Below, piece by piece: positions 14,723 to 29,495 of a stretch of 64,000 bases of DNA. The first letter of the stretch is position 1. The number at the start of each line of letters is the position of its first letter. Origin of the DNA: the human T2T-CHM13v2.0 reference genome, Homo sapiens; assembly GCF_009914755.1 (NCBI RefSeq), contig NC_060928.1. One strand, given 5' to 3'. The notes beneath the pieces are model-generated. The model worked only from the letters and a program-made list of their open reading frames with translations, was not told where the DNA came from and did not search any database. The translations under genes and the position numbers were made by a program.

Positions 14723-14871
14723 CTTAGATTAGAAACCACTGAAGCGTGAACAAAATGTCAACAACATGGAGCCTCGGTCAGGGTTTGTTGCACCATACTG
14801 GGCACGTAGGCATACCTTTGATATAGACCAGCTTAATGGCAAAGTCTTCTGGATGGCATTATCAATCTTAC

Positions 14872-15230
14872 TATTTCAGTCTGTTTTCACACTGCTGTAA
14901 AGAACTGCCAGAGACTGCGTAATTTATAAAGGAGAGGTTTAATTGACTCACAGTTCCACCTCGCTGAGGGAGGTCTCAGAAAACTTACAATTTAAGCAGA
15001 AGGCAAAGGGGAAGCAAGAATCTTCTCCACATGGTGACAGGAGAGAGAAGAGCAAGCAGGGGAAATGCCAGACGCTTATAAAACCATCAGATCTCATGAG
15101 AACTCACTCACTATCACGAGAACAGCATAGGAGAAACTGCCCTCATGATCCAATTACCTCCCTCTCTTAACGCGTGGAGATAACAATTTGAGATGAGATC
15201 TGAGTGGGGACACAGAGCCAAACCATATTA
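14872..15230 (-). mobile_element. THE1 (THE1C/D-like) MaLR solo LTR
   Basis: 'cagtctgttttcacactgctgtaaagaac...ggggacacagagccaaaccatatta', with a 5-bp TSD cttac/cttgc. Confidence 0.9.
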
Positions 15231-15408
15231 CTTGCTGTTCAATCAATAATGCTGACAAGCTGAAATTCCTTGTATCCATGATTCCAAAGAAATACTATAC
15301 ATCAGTATGTTCCATGACTTTACCAGTGTTAGTGACATACAAGAACTTTGGCAATAAGTTCAGAGTAAGTCCGGGACTGCTGGAATTAACCTTCACAGCA
15401 CACTGGGG

Positions 15409-15415
15409 TGTGTGA

Positions 15416-15453
<38 letters not shown>
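15409..15453. repeat. (TG)n microsatellite
   Basis: Directly visible in the sequence. Confidence 0.95.
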
Positions 15454-15455
<2 letters not shown>

Positions 15456-16581
15456 GGAGAGCGATAAGAAAAGAATGCAAAAAAATTTTAAATCACATAA
15501 AGTCTGAAATCATCCTAAACAATGGAGATAAATGATTGCATAGTGTATGTATACTGAACTTGTTTTAACATATGTTGTTTAACTATAATATGTACAAGTT
15601 AACATTTTCTTAACATATCAAAACATAAATATTATAATCATTAAGAGTATGATGGTGATAACCTTGCATAGAGGAAAGGGCATATGAGCAGGAGTTGTTT
15701 AAACTGTATTAATATTCTATTTTTATAATGTGTGAGAGTATATCTATTCACTATCTTGTCCTCTGTAACTGTTACCTCAAATATTTCATAATTAAAAGAC
15801 AACTATGATATAGAAAAGATGATATAGAATGAAAGAACTAGGGGTAAAAACAGAATCAGTTTAAATATAGAATAAAACATAAACAAGTGTGGGACTTAAT
15901 ATACCTAAAAAAAACCTTGTATATTTATGTGAGGGTATCATGATTGTCGTAAGTATGAATGACAGAAAGATGCATAAACAAAAGATACACAAGTAATCAA
16001 TGTGAATTTAGGGTACAAGAAAATAAGTACATATATATGATTAGGCAAATTGGATTTACAGAACTACTGAACCAAGTTGATATATGGCTACCACGGCATC
16101 ATCAGGTTTTTATTCAAATATGCACAAATGGTGATGATGCCACAGACTGGGATAAGAACTGAACACTTCTTGAAGTTGCCCCATAAACTGACTGTTGTCT
16201 GATACACTCTGCAGTTCAGACTGTTTTCTGCCCAGTTGGCTTGATGCAGTCCTCTGTAAACCAGACTGCATCTGTATCCCTGCGTAAGCATCTTACTCTG
16301 GATATTTACACATCAGTCCCTTTTATTAACCTGGTAGCTGTTATCAGTTATTTGCTGAGCTAACTGGTCTCACTTGAAATCCATGACACTACATAGAAAA
16401 TGGACTCTAAAATCTGCCTGGCAATGATTCTACATTTCCCTAATCCCTTCACTTTCCTACTCTCCCCTACTCTCTTAGAATGTTCTGTATCTCCTTATCT
16501 TTCTTCAATCTCCCTGAATATTCTCCCTGTTCCTTGCTTTCAGTTCAGGAATTGGTGCCCCAATTTTTTTATGTTGTTTGA

Positions 16582-16879
16582 TTTTTTTTTTTTTTTTGAG
16601 ACAGAGTCTGGCTCTGTCACTGGGGCTGGAGTGCAGTGGTGCAATCATGGCTCACTGCAATCTCTGCCTCCCAGGCTCGAGCGATCCTCCCACCTCAGCC
16701 TCCCCAGCAGCTAGGACTACAGGCATGTGCCCCTACACAGGTTAATTTTTGTATTGTTTGTAAGAGACAAGGTTTTGCCATGTTGCACAGGCCAGTCTTG
16801 AACTCCTGGGCTCAAGTGACCCATCCACCTCAGCCTCCCAAAATGCTGAGATGACAGATATGAGCCACCATGCCCAGCC
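16582..16879 (-). mobile_element. AluJ
   Basis: Antisense Alu with J-type features ('ctcctgggctcaagtga', 'cgatcctcccacctcagcc'). Confidence 0.9.
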
Positions 16880-17129
16880 ATTGGTGCCCTATTTAACTAA
16901 TATTGAAGAAATCACAAAATACATCTTACACACACTCAACCCTGTCTCCCTGATGCATGGATATACTCATCTTTCTTCTGATACTATGATTTTGTGCCTA
17001 TACTCATTCTACCAGTGGTCTAATTTTCAAATTGTGTAATTGATCTTATCCTTTCTCATCTACCCAATGACAGAGCGGCATTAATTTTATTATCTTATGC
17101 ATTATCAAGTTCTGCTTTGTCATTCTCAT

Positions 17130-17725
17130 CAGAAAAAGAGAAATTCTATCATTTCTTCCATTTTCATAAACTCTGTTGACCCCACTTCTCCCACCAGGTA
17201 AGCCCCTGTCTGTGTTGCCCTTATGGTAAACATCTGGAAAGAATTGCTCATACTTGATACTCTCCGTGATCTCCTCTTATCTCATAAACGTGGCAGAATC
17301 AGTTCTTTTTTCTCCTACAGCTGCTTGGGACACTTTACTCTCTTGAATTCCAGATACCATACTATCCTAATTTTTCTCCTATTATTTCTCAGGTAACGTC
17401 GCGTTATCATTTGATTGCTAGTTCTTGCCCTTCTCCCTAAACACTCTGGAGTAACTCAGGGCTCCATCTTTAAATGTGCATTTTAGATTACAGGCCCCTT
17501 GCACAAACATTCCTTATTTCAACTCCTTTATTTTTCTTTATAACATGTTTTGCTATCTGACAAAATGTATGTTACTTGCTTAAATTTTATTGCAAATTTT
17601 CCTCTACTGTATTATAAGCTTCATAAGAACAGTATGTTTTCTCTTTTCTTTGGTGCTCTATTTCTATTACCTGTAAACGTATCTGGAAGAGGGTAAGTGC
17701 TCAACAAAAAATATATTAATTTAGT
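17130..17725 (+). mobile_element. L2 fragments
   Basis: 'gtattataagcttcataagaacag...gtaagtgctcaacaaaaaatat' is 3'-end text; upstream decayed pieces are also present. Confidence 0.5.
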
Positions 17726-18056
17726 GAGTGCTGAAGGTGCCTCTCCAACTAAGCATGCTGTTTCAAATTTTCTCAAGGCAGTGACCATTAAGTAGAGGTT
17801 AGGACAAGCACAGGAACCCACTGTTAAAACAAGAACTCTAAAGCTTAAAGGCCGTGTATTAATAAAAATACTTGTCTACAGTTATGCTTACATAAAATGG
17901 CCTTACTCTCCACGTACCCACATACAAATAATTGAGGTGAAGTAGTGCCAAATGGTTAGTTTGGCACTCCTAAGGCCTGATGGTTAGTAAATTTTAGTTT
18001 TTATATCATGATCTTATTCCTTGGCCCTCAAACTCATACTAAAAAAGTGCATTGCA

Positions 18057-18368
<312 letters not shown>

Positions 18369-20559
18369 TTACATGTCTGAGACGGAGAATCCTCCTCAAT
18401 GCCCAAGCAAGCTATGACACTAAAGAAAAATGAACAGAGCCTATACTCAAAAGGCAGAGCAAATAAAGGTAAAGGAACATCCTTTTAAATTTCACAATCA
18501 ACAGCTTCTAGAAGGCTACACAATAGGCTTAGTCCACCAGTGTGACATCCTTGCCATTCCTGCGAAGGAGATATGATTTCAAATTTAAAATCTCTGTAAT
18601 TATTTTTCTTTTCATTGCTGCCTAATAGATGAGTTGAGAACACAAAACTTTAATTTTAGTTATAAATCATCAGATTATATGGAATCACTAGATGAATAAG
18701 GTAGAAACCTGTCAAAATAGATGGTTAAATATACTATAATTAATTACATTGCAATTTAATTATAATTATATTACAAGTTAAATATATTGCCATTGTTAAA
18801 TGTATTACAAAATAATTACAACAAATGTAGATGGATTAGAATTTCCCAATAAAGTCTTCATTATTTTTAAATAAAAACCAAATCTGTTGTTTGCCAATGA
18901 CAGGACTACAATATAAAAAGCAACATATGAATTTAAGTAGAAATAAGAGGTCATAACAGAGAAATTCTAGGCAAAGTAAGACAGTTGTTTCAATAGTCAC
19001 ATGCAAGACTTTAAGAAAAAAATAAATTTTAAAGATAAAAAGTTAATACATGATTATTAAAAAATCATTTTATCTGGGATTGAATAGAAGTTCATGTTAT
19101 CTCTACTTTCCCCCAAAAGCCTGATATTTTGGATATGGGATGTTAGACACAGAAAATAAATAATAGTATAATGTCAGATGATTTAATGAACTAGAATTAC
19201 TTCAAATATGGTCAGGTGCAACTATGTCCTGGACCAGGAAAATACATTCAAGGAGTATAAAAATCATTTCAGAAATACTTTGCCAGTCATGGCCTAGTTC
19301 GTAAAACAGAAACCATTATACATATTTTCCCACAACAGCATTGAAAATGCTAGAGGAGTGGGGAAAAAAAAAAAAACAAAACAAAACACCTTGGCTTTCA
19401 TATTAACTGCCACAGCTATGGGCTGGAGACTAGCCATGGTCAGTTTCCCAGGAAATTGCAGCTACCTCCACGTGCAGGCAAGAAGAAGATGGCTGGCAGG
19501 ACAGACAGCTACAAAACACCTCCACATCTGTCAAAATCCACATCATGTATCACTGTCTTCTAATTCTTTTATATGTATATATCACTGATAAATTGTAAGC
19601 TACATCTAGAACATTAGATAGAAGAAAGTCAGAAGAGCATAATCCTAAGACTTCCGACCCCTACAATATAGGGAAGAAAATTAATGTAAAGAAAAAAAAT
19701 TCAGAAAAATTAACAAAAATCTTCCAAGTGCATTGTTCCCATTGTTCACTGTGTGGCAACATTCACATTTTACACATTTACTTTTAAATTGTCCTTATCC
19801 TAATGTTACTTAAATTCTATCTATCTACCTGTATCTAGGAAATTAAAAAAAAATAACATAAATAAAAATTGAATTTCTGAAATGTTCAATATGAAGTGTC
19901 TAAGGATGCTTTAAAAATAGCAATCAATTAATACCTACAAAATTCACACAAGGGATATTATAGGTGGCAAATTGATAGTTTAAGTACCTCACATAATGTT
20001 ATCGTACACAGATGTGATAAATGCGAGATTTAGACCTCAATAACATAATACATTGCTTATGTTAAGCATTTGTTAAAACGCAAGGATTTTTCCTAATAAA
20101 ATATGCTTTATATATAACAGAAGTAGCTAGTATGACTTTTATGAAATGTTTACCTAAATAAGAAAAATATTAAAAATTAATTAATGCATAAAACACTAAT
20201 AAAGAATTTGGAAGTATTGCTATTGCACTTCTCTTACAACAACTAAAGTGATCTCATTTTTAATTGTGCATTTTTACAATTTCTTTTTGTTGACAATTAT
20301 TTTATATTGTGAAACATTTAAATTAATATTACCAATATAGAGCCCTCTTTTTAAAATTTGTTTTGATATAAAGTAATTTGCATACATAGTAGAGTGTTCA
20401 AATAGAAATTTATAGAATTAAAATCCCATCCATGTTTCTACTATCGAAATACTAACAATTTCCTTATATTTCCTTTCAGGAAAGGGCTATCAATTTTACA
20501 TACACAAATGAGACCATATAATACCTATTCTTATACATTTTATTTTTTTGATAAAGTAC

Positions 20560-21400
20560 AGTTTTTCTCTATCATCCCACATAGAACTGATTTCTATTTT
20601 GTTTTGATTCTCATGTTTGAATAAGTACATTATTGAAGTATGAAATCACACAAAAAAGAATATATGTTTAAGTTGCCATATATATTAACATTTTAAATCT
20701 TAACATTTTAAAACTTTTCATACAACTCAACCTTTTTTTTTCACTGTTCACATTAACACCAGCCATGTGTAAAAGTCAGTTATTTCACTTCCTCGCTAAC
20801 TGGTATTCTCAAGGTTTTTCGTTAAAGCAATTCTGATAATTCTCTAGAAGTGTATCATTTGTAATTTTTATTTGCATCTCCCTAGTGGCTAATGAGTTTG
20901 AATATACTTTCTTGGCTTTGGCCGTATGAACAGTGCCTTGTAAAATTCTTGTGAAAGTATTTATTAAGTTAACTTTTTCATATTGTTCTGTAGATGGTAT
21001 TACTATATAAAACCCTTTATTCCAATGTTTGCAATTGTGTTGTCATAGTCTGTGGTTTGCCAGTTCTTACCGTACGTGCATCTTCTGATAAACAGTCATC
21101 CTTAATATTAGCATTGTCTAACTTATTAATGTTTTCCTTTAAGGTAAGTACTTTCTGGACTTCAAGATCATGAAGATTAATTTGAGTAATCTTCTATAAT
21201 TGTTATTATTTTACTTTTATATTTAAATCTACAATGTGAATTGTAATTGTTCATTACAATCTAAAATTGTGAAACATGTGAATTGGAAGTCAACTTCCTT
21301 TCTTTGCCTAAATATCTAATAAATTTAGCATCCATAAAACACCTTTATTTTTCCAAAAGTTATGATATTCCATCTTTGTCACTCCCTTGATAACTAATAA
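20560..21400 (-). mobile_element. Very old L1ME-type fragment
   Basis: 'atttgcatctccctagtggctaatgagtttgaatat' is antisense L1 ORF2 3' text. Confidence 0.5.
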
Positions 21401-21676
21401 TTGTAAATTGATTAAAAAATGGTTGCATCCTGGTTTTAAATTTTTTTCTCTGCAGGAGGAGTATCCAAACAGACCATCTTGTATGGTCTGTATGGGTGCA
21501 TTATAACTTACTTTTTACTTCCTTATTGATGGATTATTATGTTGTTTTTTTACTATAATTAAAATGATTACTATTGTATATAAATGTATTTTAACAGTAT
21601 ATATATTTTGTATATTTTTGGTAGTTATGGTCATTTGAAGTGCTAGGTTCTACTCAGAAATTTTGCTGGACATATC

Positions 21677-22060
21677 GTGATGGCCAAATTTTATGTGTCA
21701 ACTTGTCAATTGTGTCAATTTTAAGTGTCAATATAGTGCCCAGTTTTTATCAAACACTAGCCTAGTTATGGCTGTGATGGCATTTTGTACATTTGATTAA
21801 CATCTGAAACAAAAAGAAGAAATTCTACCTCAATGCCATAATTGAAATACTACCTGAATTTGTATCCAGCTTTCCCAACAAATTTTTCATCAAGTCTAGA
21901 ATATCTCTTGCCTAAGTTTCCAGCTTACTAGCTTGCCCTGTGAATTTTGGACTTGGCAACACCCACAATCATCTGGTTCAACTTTCAGTTTCTTAAAATA
22001 CATTTCTTTACACATACATACTATTGGTTCTGTTTATTTCTACAGAATCCTAATATCCAT
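21677..22060 (+). mobile_element. MLT2 (MLT2D-like) LTR
   Basis: 'gtgatggccaaattttatgtgtcaacttg...ctattggttctgttt...agaatcctaat'; same family as 7836-8288. Confidence 0.75.
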
Positions 22061-22881
22061 GTCTTCAATGAATTATATTAAATGACATTCATAATTCTGT
22101 GGAAGGCAGGCAAAGTCCTGGGTATGGACAGAATTAATGGGAGAAGATGTATAATATTATGGAAAGTAAAAACAAAAACAAAAACAAAGAGGTAGGGGGA
22201 GAGTAGAATTTTTAAGTTGATTTTATCTGAGAGCTATATGTCTTCTGTTATCCCTTAATGTATGCCAATAGATTCAACAGTATGCTTTGATGAGCAAGCT
22301 ATTTAAATATCAGTAAGATTAGATCCTACAGGAGATTATCGTTAAAGCAACTAGGTGGGGCAGCAGAAAGCTCAGGAAAGAGAGAAAAGCCATTATGTAA
22401 ATATATGGCCCTTTAAAGTAATTTAAAGTTACTTTTAGAAATCACTATCAGACACTGAGCAAAGAGAACCGCCAACTAGAATTTTTGTGTGTCTATGTTT
22501 TTAAATTTTGTTTTAATATTAGACTTTGGAAACGTAATTGCATATATTCTAATTATGTAACTTATCTCTTACACACATGAAATCAATTGGCATTCTAAAC
22601 ATATGTGATCTCTTTCTTATCCATCAATTTTATCTTTAAGGGACTACATAAGAAGCAAAATGCCATCAGCTTAAAAAGAAATGGGACATTAATGTATTTA
22701 AAAATAAGCAAATAATATGACATATATGATTTAGGCATTATGCCAAGGTACAAGGGATTAACATTAAAACATATGAAACCATCAGCAAATATTTCAGGAT
22801 CTCCCTTTGAGAATGAGGATAATTCTTTTTCTTGTTTGTTTGTTTGCATTTTTCAATTGCAATTTCCATTGATTTTTTAAA

Positions 22882-24085
<1,204 letters not shown>

Positions 24086-24220
24086 TCACCCCTTGGCTCT
24101 ACATTTGTTAAGAGGGTCTAACTCTCTGGATGCAAGCTTAAGAAAGAGGATAATTATTGGAGAGTTCATGCAGGAAAGCAATAACGTCTATGTGGTGAGA
24201 TAATATTAAAAAGCAACAGG

Positions 24221-24724
<504 letters not shown>

Positions 24725-25738
24725 TCATTATATGTATTTCCTCCCCAGTGCCCAAGTTAACCACAGAAAGGAAACCCAGTTCAGGTTATATTTATAAATC
24801 ATACATATAGTTTAATTTAATTAACTATTCCACATTAGGAAATTTATAACTACTTATCAAATGTTTTGGATAAAGAAGAAAGTGCCACAAATACTCATTT
24901 GCCCTTGATTTGCACATCCACTAAAAAGGAATGATGTATTAATGACCATGGGTAACTTCTCTTGGCCTTTAACTTTACTGACATGAATTTATGTCAAGAC
25001 CCCTCTACATGGAAAATTGAAGTAGCAAGGTAGGTCATACAGTTCTTTTGTAGTGTAGCTCCACAAGTCTGCTTTCAATAGGTTTTATTTCATATCAGTC
25101 TGGCTCTCCAACAAATCTTTATTTTTTATGTCTGTCACAATAAATGAAAATTTATCATTGACTTCGATTGATTTCTACAGCCACTCAGAGAAACCAAATT
25201 CTAATTATGAATAACTCAACAGTTGTATCTTACTTGTAAGATAAATTTTAACCTATGTTGACATGTAAAAGATTTATGTTGTAAGTTAATAAAGGTTGGT
25301 TAAAGAATATATTTCTCATTCATGTATACCATACACAAAATCAAATTATGATCAGTATATTTATGTTTGTTCTCATATCCATGCCCCATTAATATTTATT
25401 AAGATATAATATCAAGTTACACAATTTTAACAGATTTTAAAAGTAATAAAAGTTACATCATATTTAAAACTCAGGAAATAAATGAACAATCATGAAAACT
25501 GGAAGAAAGATTAAAAAATAATAAATATACCTTATATTACTTATTAAAAATCAGAAGACATCCTTTCTTTGTTTTTGATAATTATAAAAATAGGGTGACA
25601 TACTTACATTTGAAAATTTTAAACAAGTGGAATTTAAAATATAATTCTTAATTTGAAAATAATACAAGATAAAAGTGGACAAATATAACTCACACATCAA
25701 GGTGTGAGAAAAATTTCAAGTAAACAAAAACAGCTCTT

Positions 25739-26425
25739 CCAGCCTGAGCAACATGGCAAAACCTCATCTCTAACAAAAATACAAAAATTAGCCAGGCTTG
25801 GTGTTGCACACCTGTAGTCCCAGCTACTTGGGAGGCTGAGATGGCAGGATCGTCAGAGCTCTGGAAGTCTAGGTTGTAGTGAGGAAATATCACACCACTG
25901 CACTCCAGCCTGGGTGACAGTGATGCAGAATTTCTGCTTCTTATCTCAGCTAGGTCCAGGTTCTTGTCTCAAGACCAGGAAGAATTAGGAATGCGGACAC
26001 CAGAGGGTGAGTGGAATATAATTAAGCGAAAGGAAAGTTCTCAGCAAAGGGAGGGGTCCTGAAAGCAGGTTGCCAGTCACCCCCTTCACAGTTGTATACC
26101 AGGATTTAAGGTGCAAATTCCTGGTGGCTCCACCCCATCTTCCAGTGTGCATGCAGGCCCTTAGACTGAGCCACTCCATATTGATTTATTTCCCTTACTG
26201 CACATGTGTTAAGGAACGGAATTTTCCACTGCGGTCATGTTTAGGCAAGACCCATGTGCAAGTTCCCTTATCTGCACAAAATATCTAGTGTAAGCACTTA
26301 TGGGATGGGTTGCAGGTTTTCCAGGGACCCATGTCCTACTGTCTGCCTAAAGCAAGCTGGCTAACTCCTTTCAACAGAGTGACACCATGTCTCCAAACAA
26401 ACAAACAAACAAAACAACAAAAAAA
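25739..26425 (+). mobile_element. 5'-truncated AluJ split by an LTR insertion
   Basis: The Alu runs to 'cctgggtgacag' (25920) and resumes as 'acagagtgacaccatgtctc' with an (aaac)n tail from 26374. Confidence 0.9.
25921..26373 (-). mobile_element. ERV1 solo LTR, 453 bp (MER83-like, MER4 group)
   Basis: TG...CA termini with an exact 4-bp TSD acag (25917-25920 / 26374-26377). The reverse complement starts 'tgaaaggagttagccagcttgctttaggcagacag'. The family name is tentative. Confidence 0.8.
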
Positions 26426-26776
26426 CCCAGCTGTGTATCAGTCACAATAATAAGTGTAAATAACCACAGAATCATTTAAAACAATGTGTAATTAAATATA
26501 TGATTCTCATATAAAAATATTTTTAAATAACTGACAAGAACGGTAATGATTATAACTGGACAAACATAACCAGGCAAAATTAAAAATAAATAAGATTGGT
26601 AAAATCAGAAACACACAAAAGCAGATTTGAAGTGAAGTTTCTTACATGTAATAAAACAGATAATTTTATATCACAGTTAATAAACAATGAAGGCACTGAG
26701 ATCATCAATCATAATGTGCCAAAAGAAATTCAGCAAGTAATTATAAATAAAAAACCTTAAGATAAAAATGAGAATT

Positions 26777-27083
26777 GGCCAGGCACGGTGGCTCACGCCT
26801 GTAATCCCAGCGCTCTGGGAGGCAGAGGTGGGTGGATAACCTGAGGTCAGGATTTTGAGACCAGCCTGACGAATATGGCAAAACCCCGTCTCTACTAAAG
26901 ATACAAAAATTAGCTGGGCATGGTGCCGGGTGCCTGTAATCTTAGCTACTTGGCAGGCTGAGGTAGGACAGTCACTTGAACTCGAGAGGAGGAGGTTGCG
27001 GTGAGCCGAGATCATGCCATTGCACTCCAGCCTGGGTGACAGAGTGAGACTCTGTCTCAAGAAAAAGAAAAAAAAAAAAAAAG
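26777..27083 (+). mobile_element. AluSx-like
   Basis: Full Alu with TSD aaaaa(t/a)gagaatt. Confidence 0.95.
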
Positions 27084-28108
27084 AGAATTGACAGAATTAA
27101 ATATATATTTCAATTTATAATTACTACCATTAGTATGTGTCATATCTTATATCCAAAAATAAAATAGATAATCTAAGAAAAAAAACAGTATGTTTCAGAA
27201 ATTTATGAATGTACAGCACAGTTTGTATCTTATAAACAGCAAAAAGGCCATGTAATACAGGGAGAGTAAGCCTTAAATTTATATGAATAAAATAATCAAA
27301 AATGGAAGTGAAGCCAAATGCTGATTCCCAACCTGGTATCTTGTTTATATGAAATCTACGTAATCAAGGACTTAACACTTTTCCTACTCACTGATGGAGG
27401 ATGAAATGTAAGTTACGATACATGTCTTAAATAATAGTTGAAGGTATAATTGTTGAAATTTGTTTGCAAGAAAACACATTCATTAATTCATTCCAGAAAT
27501 ACTTACTGAACATCTAATATGTGTTAGACAATGTGGTAGCAGCTGGGAGCACAATGAAGATGTTACTTTTAGAGGAACTTATGTTCTAGTTGGGGAAGAT
27601 AAATGATAAACAAATAAGACATGTACTCTGACATCTGGTAATACATTAAATGGAAAAGTGGAATGCCAAGAACAGAAACTAAGCAGAACAAAGAATGGGC
27701 TTTTCCTTCTATATAGAATAGTAAAAGAAGGACTGAAAGCATAATGTCAGCATATAACTGAAGGAAAAATGTTACAAATTATGTAGTGGCCACAAACATT
27801 CATGAGAGAAAGGCAACTGCAAAGGCAAAAGTTAAATGGACTCAACTTGGTTGAAGAATAGCGAGGAGGCCTGCGTGACTGCAGCACAGAGAGCAACTTT
27901 GAGGGAAGTCATGTCTAAGTCAGAGTGGAATCAGGGGCCAGAGCTTGTAGGACTGTATAGCCAAATCAAAGAGTTTGGATTTCACTTTAAGTGACATAAA
28001 AATCTATTGGAATGTTTTGTGCTACAGAGTGTAATGGTTTCGCTTACAATATTCTTTCTGACTTTTGTGTTGAAAAGGAATGTAGGAAGACGGCAGTGAA
28101 AGTAGGGA

Positions 28109-29495
28109 TGAGAGGTGACAGCGTGCTGGCAGCCCTCACAGCCCTGGCTCGCTCTCAGCGCCTCCTCGGCCTTGGTGCCCACTCTGACCGCGCTTGAGGA
28201 GCCCTTCAGCCCGCCGCTGCCCTGTGGGAGCCCCTTTCAGGGCTGGCCAAGGCCAGAGCCGGCTCCCCCAGCTTGCGGGGAAGTGTGGAGGGAGCGGCGC
28301 GGGCAGGAATGGGGGCTGTGCGAGGTGCTTGTGGGCCAGCGCGAGTTTCGGGTGGGTGTGGGCTCGGTGGGCCCCGCACTTGGAGCCCCAGCTGGCTCCA
28401 GGCAATGAGGGGCTTAGCACCTGGGCCAGCGGCTGCGGAGGGTGTGCTCGGTCCCCCAGCAGTGCCAGCCCACTGGCGCTGAGCTCGATTTCTCGCCTGG
28501 CCTTAGCTGCTTCCCCACGGGGCAGGGCTCAGGACCTGCAGCCCGCCATGCCTGAGCCTCCCACCCCTCCCCCCGGCTCCGGGGGCTCCTCCACAGCCCA
28601 AACCTCCCCGACGAGGGCCGCCCCCTGCTCCACGGCGCCCAGTTCCATCGACCACCCAAGGGCTGAGGAATGCGGGCGCATGGCGTGGGACTGGCAGGCA
28701 GCTCCACCTGTGCCCCGGTGCAGGATCCACTGGGTGAAGCCAGCTGGGCTCCTGGCTCTGGTGGGGACTTGTAGAACCTTTATGTCTAGCTATGGGATTG
28801 TAAATACACCAATGGGCGCTCTGTATCTAGCTCAAGGTTTGTAAACACACCGATCAGCACCCTGTGTCTAGCTCAGGGTTTGTGAATGCAGCACTTGACA
28901 CTCTGTATCTAGCTAATCTGGTGGGGACGTGGAGAACCTTTGTGTCTAGCTCAGGGATTGTAAATGCATCAATCCGCACCCTGTCAAAACAGACCACTGG
29001 GCTCTCTGTAAAATGGACCAATCAGCAGGATGTGGGTGGGCCCAGATTAGAGAATAAAAGCAGGCTGCCGGAGCCAACAGTGGCAACCTGCTGAGGTCCC
29101 TTTCCACACTGTGGAAGCTTTGTTCTTTTGCTCTTTGCAATAAATCTTGCTGCTGTTCACTCTTTGGGTCCACACTGCCTTTATGAGCTGTAACACTCAC
29201 CGCGAAAGTCTGCAGCTTCACTCCTGAAGCCAGCGAGACCACGAACCCACTGGGAGGAATGAACAACTCCAGACACGCCGCCTTAAGAGCTGTAACACTC
29301 ACCGCGAATGTCCGCAGCTTCACTCCTGAGCCAGCGAGACCAGGAACCCCACAAGAAGGAAAAAACTCTGAACACATCCAAACATCAGAAAGAACAAACT
29401 CCGGACACGCCGCCTTTACTGTAACACTCACTGCGAGGGTCCGCGGCTTCATTCTTTAAGTCAGTGAGACCAAGAACCCACCAATTCCGAACACA
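28109..29495 (+). mobile_element. LTR12C (ERV9) solo LTR, 1387 bp
   Basis: Starts 'tgagaggtgacagcgtgctggcagccctc' and ends 'ccaattccgaacaca', with a 4-bp TSD ggga. It has a GC-rich U3, ~40-bp enhancer repeats and U5 repeats. Confidence 0.95.
29010..29075 (+). promoter_or_regulatory. LTR12 core promoter region
   Basis: CCAAT at 29018-29022, then 'gtgggtggg', then the AATAAAA TATA-like box. This is the established ERV9 LTR promoter layout; activity at this copy is not shown. Confidence 0.55.

Larger units (their letters stand above)
14459..15402. mobile_element. Old LTR (MER68/MER76/MER77-like) hosting a (TA)n tract and a THE1 LTR
   Basis: TG start at 14459 and CA end at 15402, with MER21-group-like text ('ctactacaggaaaggatacaa', 'gggcacgtaggcata'). 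The family call is tentative. Confidence 0.4.

Noticed and set aside
21695-21732. Repeated tgtcaa motifs
   Set aside because: This is short slippage inside an MLT2 LTR start, with no sign of function.
28115-28844. Dense overlapping ORFs up to 216 aa
   Set aside because: They lie in the GC-rich U3 of LTR12C, where stop codons are rare by composition, and have no protein motif.
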